A DNA stretch of 64,000 bases from Candidatus Latescibacterota bacterium (GTDB taxonomy: Bacteria > Latescibacterota > UBA2968). Below the pieces are notes generated by a model. The model did no database searches and was not told the DNA's origin. It worked only from the letters and a program-made list of their open reading frames with translations. The translations under genes were made by a program, and so were the position numbers. The DNA lies in NCBI GenBank assembly GCA_965116885.1, contig OZ220741.1, positions 1,280,001 to 1,344,000 on the forward strand, written 5' to 3'. Shown here in pieces: positions 22,267 through 30,011 of this stretch (position 1 is the stretch's first letter; each line of letters opens with the position of its first letter).

Positions 22267-23613
22267 ATGTCCGACAACGATACCATCGCGGCAATTGCCA
22301 CAGCTCCTGGTGAAGGTGCGATTGGCATCATCAGACTCAGCGGACCAGATGCCATCTCAATTGGAGAACGTCTCTTCAGAGGTCAAACCCCCCTCCACAA
22401 CCTTCCTTCTCGCCAACTATCTTTTGGACATCTCTATATTCAGGGCCGGAATTTTGACAAAGTTCTGGTCTCGGTCATGCGTGCGCCTAATTCTTTTACC
22501 GGTGACGATACAGTTGAATTTAACTGCCATGGGGGACCTTTTCTACTCAGACGGATTATGGAAGCAGTATTTCAAGAAGGTGGTCGGCCGGCTGGTCCAG
22601 GAGAATTCACCAGGCGAGCTTTTCTCAACGGCAAGATAGGTCTCTCGCAGGCAGAAGCAGTTTCTGATATGATCACTGCGAAATCTGATCTGAGCCTCCA
22701 ATCTGCTTTTTTTCAACTCCGAGGTGGATTTCATCGCCGTTTCGAAAAAATGGCAGAATCTATTCGTCAGGCGGCCACGCTTCTCGAAGCTAATTTAGAT
22801 TTTTCTGAGGATGTAGAGATAGATGTCGAGATGATTAAGCCACCACTCTCTCAGGCTTTAAAGCATATTGAAGAGCTCATTCTTTCCTATGAACGCGGAA
22901 AAATTATTCGCGAAGGTGCCGTCGTCACCCTCGCTGGTCAACCCAATGTGGGAAAATCCAGTCTTCTCAACCGACTTCTCGAAGAAGACCGTGCGATTGT
23001 TACAGATATTCCCGGTACAACGCGAGACACAATTGAAGAGCAAATAGATCTCAATGGAATTGCTGTTACACTGGTTGACACAGCTGGTATTCGCGATACC
23101 GACGATCCGGTGGAAAGAGAGGGTACGCGTCGGTCTCAGCAATTCATAGACCGCGCAGCTATTGTTCTCTATATTGTAGATGGATCGCATCCACCACATT
23201 CCCAGGATCTGGACAACATCAGTCGTTATAATCAGGCGTTTCTTGTTCTCAATAAGAGCGATCTGGGTATTTACACTGGGTGGCAAAGCGTTCAGCCTTG
23301 CCATCCCCAAATCATTCTTTCAGCCAAAACGGGCGATGGCATCGCCACTTTGCGTGGTCGCCTTCGTGAGACTCTCCTGGGAAAGAGCGACTTGCCTGAC
23401 GAAATCGTCACCAAAGAACGGCATGTTCTCGCACTTCAGCAAGCTGCAACGGGACTCTCCCAGGCTCTGAAGAGCCTTGAATTCGGCAATCCGGGGGAAA
23501 TTATTGCCCTTGACCTCCGCGTTGCCCTGGACGCGCTTGCCGCAATCATTGGGAAGACTACCCCGGATGATGTTCTCGATCGAATCTTCCAAACCTTTTG
23601 CATCGGCAAATAA
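22267..23613 (+). CDS. mnmE: tRNA modification GTPase MnmE
   Basis: DTIAAIATA, GQPNVGKSS, GTTRD, DTAG, NKSD, C-terminal FCIGK. Confidence 0.97.
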   Translation: MSDNDTIAAIATAPGEGAIGIIRLSGPDAISIGERLFRGQTPLHNLPSRQLSFGHLYIQGRNFDKVLVSVMRAPNSFTGDDTVEFNCHGGPFLLRRIMEAVFQEGGRPAGPGEFTRRAFLNGKIGLSQAEAVSDMITAKSDLSLQSAFFQLRGGFHRRFEKMAESIRQAATLLEANLDFSEDVEIDVEMIKPPLSQALKHIEELILSYERGKIIREGAVVTLAGQPNVGKSSLLNRLLEEDRAIVTDIPGTTRDTIEEQIDLNGIAVTLVDTAGIRDTDDPVEREGTRRSQQFIDRAAIVLYIVDGSHPPHSQDLDNISRYNQAFLVLNKSDLGIYTGWQSVQPCHPQIILSAKTGDGIATLRGRLRETLLGKSDLPDEIVTKERHVLALQQAATGLSQALKSLEFGNPGEIIALDLRVALDALAAIIGKTTPDDVLDRIFQTFCIGK

Positions 23614-23636
23614 TGTTGAACTGGGATACGACCAGT
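23613..23636. repeat. Left arm of 24-bp perfect inverted repeat flanking rsmG
   Basis: ATGTTGAACTGGGATACGACCAGT is the exact reverse complement of 24513-24536. Confidence 0.85.
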
Positions 23637-23643
23637 GGTAAAA

Positions 23644-23659
23644 TGTTCCACGTGAAACA
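23644..23659. other. parS centromere site
   Basis: TGTTCCACGTGAAACA matches the TGTTNCACGTGAAACA consensus. Confidence 0.9.
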
Positions 23660-23754
23660 TCGGTGAGACGTGAAACGTAAGAGGGGTTGGGCGGTCGTCT
23701 CACCTTTTACGTCTTACGTCTTACTTCTTACCGCCTTTTCTAAAGGTATATTCA

Positions 23755-24393
23755 ATGGAACCAGATGAAGCCATTGAGCTTGCGGAGAGATCCTTTGGCC
23801 TTTCTTTTTCCAATAAACAGGTCGTGTTGCTCAAGCAATATGTCGATTTGCTTACCGATTGGTCGGGTCGCGTTCGATTGATCTCCCGCAATGATCGCAA
23901 TTTTATATGGGAACGTCATATTCTCGATTGTCTCTCGCTGGTACCGCACCTTCCAGGAAATGGACCTCTCCTGGATTTGGGATCAGGTGCTGGTCTGCCG
24001 GGTATTGTGATCAAGATTATGAGGTCCGATCTCGAAGTTTATCTCCTTGAACCCACCCGCATGAAAAACCTCTTTCTCCAGGAAGCTATTACCGCGCTCG
24101 GCCTTCAAAGTGCTTTCGCTATCAGATATCGCGCTGAGCACCTTGTTGAAGATTCCTCGTTCGCTGGTAAATTTCTGATTGGTACAGCCCGTGCAGTTGC
24201 ACGACTGCCCCAACTTTGGAATTGGACAGAACCTTTTCTCGCCTCTCAGGGAGTACTTATTTCAATGAAAGGCCCAGATTCTCTCTGCGAGTTCACAGGC
24301 GGTGTTCCACGCGATATCTATGCTACTGAAACCTCTTTGACCTTACCCATTACACGACGAAGACGGTCTTTTGTCTTTCTTAAAAGACGTTGA
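23755..24393 (+). CDS. rsmG: 16S rRNA m7G527 methyltransferase RsmG
   Basis: RHILDCL, LDLGSGAGLPGI, ARAVA. Confidence 0.92.
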   Translation: MEPDEAIELAERSFGLSFSNKQVVLLKQYVDLLTDWSGRVRLISRNDRNFIWERHILDCLSLVPHLPGNGPLLDLGSGAGLPGIVIKIMRSDLEVYLLEPTRMKNLFLQEAITALGLQSAFAIRYRAEHLVEDSSFAGKFLIGTARAVARLPQLWNWTEPFLASQGVLISMKGPDSLCEFTGGVPRDIYATETSLTLPITRRRRSFVFLKRR

Positions 24394-24441
24394 ACTGGTC
24401 CCGTGTAGAACCATCATGGGATGACAGGGCCAGCTATACAT

Positions 24442-24457
24442 CGTTCCACGTGAAACG
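24442..24457. other. parS centromere site
   Basis: CGTTCCACGTGAAACG, parS palindrome with compensatory terminal bases. Confidence 0.8.
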
Positions 24458-24536
24458 GTGTATGAAGGCGAGTGAGCGGTGTACAACTGCGCCAGCAGTT
24501 CAATCGAGCATGACTGGTCGTATCCCAGTTCAACAT
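24456..24536. repeat. Composite hairpin element (module in forward orientation); includes right arm of the 24-bp inverted repeat
   Basis: CGGTGTATGAAGGCGAGT-[GAGCGGTGTACAACTGCGCCAGCAGTTCAAT]-CGAGCATGACTGG...CCAGTTCAA. Confidence 0.75.
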
Positions 24537-24585
24537 AAGTTAGTAAAAAGAAGATTAGATTAACGAATTATTTATCACATAACCA

Positions 24586-24628
24586 GAGAGAAAGCCCGCT
24601 TCTCGCGTTGAGAAGCGGGCTTTCTCTC
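24586..24628. terminator. 19-bp perfect hairpin, probable bidirectional terminator
   Basis: GAGAGAAAGCCCGCTTCTC-N5-GAGAAGCGGGCTTTCTCTC between convergent rsmG and XRE genes. Confidence 0.75.
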
Positions 24629-24653
24629 ATTATTAATGCGATTTATTACCAGA

Positions 24654-25157
24654 TCAGGTTATGCCAGCAAAAGCTTTTGCTGTACTGAGCAATGTTTGCC
24701 ATTGTTGGGGGGGGATCTGGGTGATGATCTTAATGAGTTCGGGAATATCCCGGTCTGTAGTAGAAGCGCTCGCGTTCAGGGCTTCGCACCACTGCTTGTT
24801 CTTGAGTACCTTGCGAATATCAGGGCTCTGGAGTGCTTTGACAATGCCTGCATTGAGGATTTTGGGGTTGGAAATAATCTGGCTGATGACGGGATCTGTT
24901 ATCAGCTTTTCCATCTGGGTAAAAAGTTTGCGGCCTTCGGGTGTTTTCTGTGCGCGTTCTTTGTAAGCTAAAAAAAGAAGCCTTTGAGGGTCGAGATCGA
25001 GTGTTTTTGCAAGATTCGTACACACGTCGTCAGATGGTATGCGTTCGCCTTTTTCTATTTGATAAATATAAGTACCCCACACCCCAATACTTTCCCCCAA
25101 AGCCTGCTGGCTAAATCTTCCATTTCGAGCTTGTTTTATTATTTCACCAAACCTCAT
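24654..25157 (-). CDS. XRE-family helix-turn-helix regulator
   Basis: FGEIIKQAR...SQQALGESIGV...YIYQIEKGERIPS. Confidence 0.85.
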   Translation of the reverse strand: MRFGEIIKQARNGRFSQQALGESIGVWGTYIYQIEKGERIPSDDVCTNLAKTLDLDPQRLLFLAYKERAQKTPEGRKLFTQMEKLITDPVISQIISNPKILNAGIVKALQSPDIRKVLKNKQWCEALNASASTTDRDIPELIKIITQIPPQQWQTLLSTAKAFAGIT

Positions 25158-25603
25158 ACACCCCTCCCAAAAGATCGGTCGCGTTTAAAAATCTGATAAC
25201 ATAATATGAATTGAAAAGAGCAGCGAGGCAAGCTAAATCCTTAAGAAACAGACAGGTTAAATGAAAATATTTACTCTTGACAACACAAACTTGACAGTGT
25301 ATATTTGGGTAGTTGCATTCTGGCACTCCCCATACAGAAAGCAACACACACACACTTGTTTGTGTGTGTGTAGGGCTTAAAGTCCTGGAAAATAAAGAGA
25401 AACGCAATTCAGTTAAATTCTAATTCCCCTGAATTTAAGTCTCTCTTTATTGGGTGGGGAGGGTAAACCGATCTTGCTCTGATTCCCCTTTCTCCCCAGA
25501 TCGTCAGGCTTATCCTCCCCATTTCCCCTTTTTCTCCCCTTTTTTTTACATTCAAGTGCGGGTATTCTTTCGTACTCCATCTGTCTTTTTTAGGAATTCG
25601 CCC

Positions 25604-25954
25604 ATGGCCCTTGATGCTGGCGAACTCGATCTCATTCGAGAAACCGTTCACAATGCCATTGAGTCTTCGCAAGAAAACTTTGCTCAAATGGTCGCCAGGC
25701 AGTTTGTGGAAGTTCGATCTGATATCCAAAATGTGCAGGACGCAATTCGCAAAATAAGCACACGTCAGGCTCAGGTCGAGGCCGATATATCAGAAGTCGG
25801 CCACATATGCGAACAGCTAAAGCGCAGGCTTTCGATCATACACGATGGCATGGGTACTGCTGATCGGCTGTTGCACGAGCGTGAAGTTTCACTCAGATTG
25901 GATCATCTCGAACGCGAGTTGGCAGAATTGCGGAGCCGTTTGCCCTCTGTTTGA
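25604..25954 (+). CDS. Hypothetical coiled-coil protein
   Basis: Heptad-rich ORF, ATG 25604 behind AGGA; divergent from the XRE gene. Confidence 0.65.
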   Translation: MALDAGELDLIRETVHNAIESSQENFAQMVARQFVEVRSDIQNVQDAIRKISTRQAQVEADISEVGHICEQLKRRLSIIHDGMGTADRLLHEREVSLRLDHLERELAELRSRLPSV

Positions 25955-26015
25955 TTTCCCTCCCCCAATATCCAGGTCCCTATAAGCGTAGTGTCCCCTG
26001 TAATTTTGGGATAGC

Positions 26016-26876
26016 TCAATCTGAAACAACCGGATTTTCGAGTCGCCCCAGTCCATCAATTTCACATATTACATGGTCGCCGTGTTTGAGCCAGAGTTGT
26101 GGCTCACGTCCCATACCCACACCGGGAGGTGTGCCGGTAAAAATCAAATCTCCGGGGGCAAGTGTGAATACATGTGTGAGATAAGCAATGAGTTTGGGGA
26201 CGCCGAAGATCAGTTGAGATGTATTGGAATCCTGTACTGTTTCGCCATTGAGAATACAGCGAATGCCCAGGTTATGAGGATCGGGCACATCGTCTGTTGT
26301 GACCAGGTCAGGTCCTATTGGAGCAAATGTGTCAAAAGTTTTGCCCATCATCCATTGTGCACCCGGTTTTTCAAGCTGGTAATCACGAGCACTCACGTCG
26401 TGTCCAACCATGTAGCCTGCAACGTGGTTGAGGGCATCTTCTTCAGAGATATTGCGACCGCGTTTGCCAATAACGACAACAAGCTCGACTTCGTAGTCAA
26501 CCTGGGAACTCGCGCTGGGAGCCACGATATTCTCATCTGGGCCGATGATGGATGACGCATATTTGGAAAAGACAATGGGTTCGTCGGGAATGGGCATACC
26601 GCTCTCGGCGGCATGGTCGGCGTAGTTGAGACCTATGCAAATAATTTTTTCTGGATTGTCGATGGGAGCATGAATGCTGACACCTGTTTCAGAAATGGCA
26701 TGGTCTCCTCTATCAATCACTGTCCTGGCTCTGGAAATGGCGTTATCACCTGCTTCGAGAAATTCTCTCATGGTGGAGGGAATCGAAGGATCGGCAGCAC
26801 TGAAGTCAATGATCGAATCGCCTGATCGGGCACCGAGCCGACGCAGTCCCCGGTGCGAAAATGTCACAAGTCGCAT
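26016..26876 (-). CDS. Fumarylacetoacetate hydrolase family protein
   Basis: ICIGLNYADH, DYEVEL, DVSARD, GKTFDTF, TGTPPGVG. Confidence 0.93.
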   Translation of the reverse strand: MRLVTFSHRGLRRLGARSGDSIIDFSAADPSIPSTMREFLEAGDNAISRARTVIDRGDHAISETGVSIHAPIDNPEKIICIGLNYADHAAESGMPIPDEPIVFSKYASSIIGPDENIVAPSASSQVDYEVELVVVIGKRGRNISEEDALNHVAGYMVGHDVSARDYQLEKPGAQWMMGKTFDTFAPIGPDLVTTDDVPDPHNLGIRCILNGETVQDSNTSQLIFGVPKLIAYLTHVFTLAPGDLIFTGTPPGVGMGREPQLWLKHGDHVICEIDGLGRLENPVVSD

Positions 26877-27085
26877 AATGATGTTGTCCTTGGGAATGTG
26901 GAGGTTTGTGTTGTTCCGCGAACAATAAAACGTCGAGAAGAACCACTGTCAAGGAAGATTTGGGGGTGTTTTTTTTCTCTTAAAATGTGCAAATGGATTG
27001 TTGTCTATGATGAGCGTCTGGGCTTATATTTAGAAACAGTACATAATATACCAGGCGGTGTTGTTTTGGTTAAGGAGAACTGTCT

Positions 27086-27769
27086 ATGAAACGATTTGTT
27101 TTTTTGGGGCTATGCCTTTTGATAGCGGCCTGTGGAGGTAGCGGAATGGAAGATTTAAAACAAGCCAATGAGAAGTTGAACAATGAGAATCGGTCGTTGA
27201 AAAGCTCTTTGAACAAGGCGCAAAACCAGATTAAGCGGGCTGGCGAGGTCGGAGGCCGAATGCTATTTCTGGTAAAGCAGATTCGGGATGTGAGCGCGCG
27301 TATCGCGACGAATATGGGGGATATTGAATTGAAGTTCCATCCCGAAAAGGCACCTGTTCATTGTTTTGCCTTTATCGCGCGGGCAGAAAGCGGGTTTTAT
27401 AACAATACCAAGTTTCATCGCGTAATTAAAAATTTTATGATTCAGGGCGGCGATCCAAATTCAAAGGACGATGATCCATCTGATGATGGAACGGGGGGAC
27501 CCCTCGTGCATATCCCTCATGAATTTAATGATATAAAACACGTACCGGGCATTCTTTCTATGGCACGCATTTCAGATGTGTCGGCTGGTGCCGGGTCACA
27601 ATTTTTTATTATGCATGGGTCTTCGCCCAATTTGGACAACCAATATACTGCTTTTGGAGAAGTGACAAAGGGAATGGATGTGGTTAACAGTATTGCAATG
27701 GTCGAAACCGCACCAGGGGATCGACCTCTAAAACCCGTGGTGATCAAGCGCATAGATGTGTTTCGATAG
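27086..27769 (+). CDS. Cyclophilin-type peptidyl-prolyl isomerase, lipoprotein with N-terminal coiled coil
   Basis: Lipobox IAAC; FHRVIKNFMIQGGDP, LSMAR, GSQFFI. Confidence 0.92.
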   Translation: MKRFVFLGLCLLIAACGGSGMEDLKQANEKLNNENRSLKSSLNKAQNQIKRAGEVGGRMLFLVKQIRDVSARIATNMGDIELKFHPEKAPVHCFAFIARAESGFYNNTKFHRVIKNFMIQGGDPNSKDDDPSDDGTGGPLVHIPHEFNDIKHVPGILSMARISDVSAGAGSQFFIMHGSSPNLDNQYTAFGEVTKGMDVVNSIAMVETAPGDRPLKPVVIKRIDVFR

Positions 27770-27796
27770 ACAGGTGTGAAGAGATGAGATGGGCAA

Positions 27797-27880
27797 GCGG
27801 TGTACGAAGGCGAGTAATGAACTGCTGATGAACCGCCGCAGTTGTACGCCGCTCCGAGCATGACAGTGTCGCAGTTCAAT
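27797..27880. repeat. Composite hairpin element (module in reverse orientation)
   Basis: GCGGTGTACGAAGGCGAGT-[AATGAACTGC...GCAGTTGTACGCCGCTC]-CGAGCATGAC...CAGTTCAA. Confidence 0.75.
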
Positions 27881-27952
27881 ACAGAACGTTGTGCTGCGTG
27901 TGCGTGGCATGACTGCGACAGCAGATCATCAAAGGAGACGTGTCGCATTGAA

Positions 27953-28057
27953 TGTGGAAAAGTGGATAATATTATCAACAATTTAAGTAGTTGATTTTAT
28001 TTAAGAACGGAATAACTTGGTGTGGGGATATGAAAGTTATCCACACATTTTTCCACA
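27953..28057. promoter_or_regulatory. Second DnaA-box cluster
   Basis: TGTGGAAAA 27953, AGTGGATAA 27961, TTATCAACA 27972, perfect TTATCCACA 28037, TTTTCCACA 28049. Confidence 0.7.
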
Positions 28058-28223
28058 CTTTGTCTCAGATTTTTCAACGCTGAAATACAGGCATTTTGGG
28101 TTGTTTTTCGGCCTGTGCGGAAGGGATATTTCGCTTGCTACACCTACAGAATTGGCCTATATTTGGATTTGTTATAGCATTAGAAAATTCAAATAAAAAC
28201 TTCACTATCTGTGGGGTTTAACA

Positions 28224-28817
28224 GTGATTGAAAAAGTTAAAGATGATGTTGCCGAGATTTTGGCACCTTCTACAGAATATCTCGTCGAAAAACGCTTTAC
28301 TCCCGATTTGTTGACGATGATCGGGTTTATTTTCAATATAGGTGCCGCCGTGCTCTTCGGCTTTGGATTGTATATGTGGGCCGGGTTGACGGTGCTTGTT
28401 GCGGGTATTTTTGATTTTCTCGACGGGCAGGTGGCGCGCAAGGGTAAAACAGAATCCAAATTTGGTGCGCTTCTTGATTCTACTGTTGATCGATATTCCG
28501 AAATTTTCATCTGGTTTGGCATCGCGATCAGTTTTATACGGGCTGATGATCTCTGGACAAGCTCGGCGGTCTTTTTTGCACTGGCAGGATCTCTGATGGT
28601 GAGTTATGTGCGCGCGCGCATTGAGGGTCTTGGGGCGGAGTGCAAAGTTGGGTTTATGCAGCGCCCCGAGCGCGTTGTTGCCATTGGTGCTGGTGGGGTG
28701 ATCGTACCTTTGATTGGGGATATTGGTTTGATCGTTGTGGTCTGGGCAATTGCTCTGTTGGGAAATTTTACTGCGATGGAGCGGGTAATTCACTTTCGAA
28801 AACTGACAAAATCATAA
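28224..28817 (+). CDS. CDP-alcohol phosphatidyltransferase (PgsA/PIP synthase-like)
   Basis: DFLDGQVAR...G.LLDSTVDRY signature, SYVRAR. Confidence 0.92.
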   Translation: MIEKVKDDVAEILAPSTEYLVEKRFTPDLLTMIGFIFNIGAAVLFGFGLYMWAGLTVLVAGIFDFLDGQVARKGKTESKFGALLDSTVDRYSEIFIWFGIAISFIRADDLWTSSAVFFALAGSLMVSYVRARIEGLGAECKVGFMQRPERVVAIGAGGVIVPLIGDIGLIVVVWAIALLGNFTAMERVIHFRKLTKS

Positions 28818-28844
28818 GGCCTGGTTGTCGAATACAGGATGACA

Positions 28845-28876
28845 AAACCCGGGGGTACCGCCGGGTTCTTTTTTTC
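28845..28876 (+). terminator. Possible intrinsic terminator/attenuator before tmk
   Basis: AACCCGG...CCGGGTT stem followed by a T run. Confidence 0.55.
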
Positions 28877-28899
28877 CTTACAGAAAAACGTGGGAACAA

Positions 28900-29970
28900 A
28901 TGTCCGGTATTTTCATATCATTTGAAGGTATTGATCAAAGCGGGAAAAGCACCCAGGCCAAGTTGCTATTTGATCATTTGCAGGAGCGTGGGCACGAGGT
29001 TGTATTTACTTATGAGCCGGGCGATACAGAACTCGGTCAAGAAATTCGGCGTCTCGTACTCGAAAGGAAATCGCAAGGCGAGATTGATGCAACCGCCGAA
29101 ATGTTCTTATTTTCAGCGGATCGCGTACAGCATGTCAACGAATTGATTCGGCCATCGCTGGATGCGGGCAAAGTGGTAATTTCAGATCGTTACGTCGATT
29201 CTACATTGGCCTATCAGGGCTATGGTCGCGGGTTGAATCTCGATGACCTGAGAATGGTTCAAAACGTGGCCACGGGTGGTTTAAAACCAGATATTACAAT
29301 CTGGATAGATGTTGATTTGCAGACGGTTCAAAAACGGGAATTGCCACTTTTTTCAGACCGCATTGAATCAGAAGATAGAGGAGGAGAGAAAACATTTTTT
29401 CAAAGGGTTCGGCAGGGTTTTAAAGAAGCGTGTCAATCTGAACCCAACCGCATTTTCAGGGTGGATGGAACGCGAGCCATCGGTACTGTATTTAAGGATG
29501 TTAAAAAGACCGTTGTTAATCAGATCTCGGTCAGGGATTTATATAAGATTAACTTGAAAGACTGGGTATTTAGTACCATTGAGAAGGTAGAAAACGGGAC
29601 TGCTTGGAACTATGCGTGGCAAGAGACATATTTCGAGTTGGGAGGCAAGAGCAAAGAAAGCGGACGTAAATTCTCACCTATGAACGGCACAGAGATCCTG
29701 TATCGACTGGGAAGAATAAAAGGCAGTAGAAAGCCTTTTCGAAATCCAGAATTGAAAGAGATATGGAACGGTTCAACGAATGGAGCCTATGCAATTCTGG
29801 CGTTGGAATACATTTTAGAAAAGTCCGATATTTCTCGGTCCGAGTTGTGGTCCAGAATACAAGAGCGTATTCGTTCTGAATTGGGTGAGGAACCCGCAAG
29901 GTTCAATCAAGGTGCTCCCACAGTTGCATATAAGCTGTGGCATCTCGGACTGATCATGCACGACAAATGA
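28900..29970 (+). CDS. tmk: Thymidylate kinase fused to an extra ~145-aa C-terminal domain
   Basis: FEGIDQSGKST, DRYVDSTLAYQG, DRIE; kinase domain ends near residue 210. Confidence 0.88.
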   Translation: MSGIFISFEGIDQSGKSTQAKLLFDHLQERGHEVVFTYEPGDTELGQEIRRLVLERKSQGEIDATAEMFLFSADRVQHVNELIRPSLDAGKVVISDRYVDSTLAYQGYGRGLNLDDLRMVQNVATGGLKPDITIWIDVDLQTVQKRELPLFSDRIESEDRGGEKTFFQRVRQGFKEACQSEPNRIFRVDGTRAIGTVFKDVKKTVVNQISVRDLYKINLKDWVFSTIEKVENGTAWNYAWQETYFELGGKSKESGRKFSPMNGTEILYRLGRIKGSRKPFRNPELKEIWNGSTNGAYAILALEYILEKSDISRSELWSRIQERIRSELGEEPARFNQGAPTVAYKLWHLGLIMHDK

Positions 29971-30011
29971 GTTTGCTGTAAGAACCCGTTACCACAAACT
30001 GGAGGCGCCCC

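Noticed and set aside
23661..23735. Heptamer tandem repeats (TCTTACG-like; also TGAAGNN at 50828-50853)
   Set aside because: Only three or four degenerate units, forming a simple intergenic hairpin; no function can be supported.
24654..25954. Prophage immunity region
   Set aside because: Only one XRE gene and one coiled-coil gene; no integrase, replication or structural genes.
23613..27880. CRISPR array or integron attC array
   Set aside because: Repeats are dispersed, not regularly spaced; no cas genes or integron integrase; ends do not fit the attC consensus.
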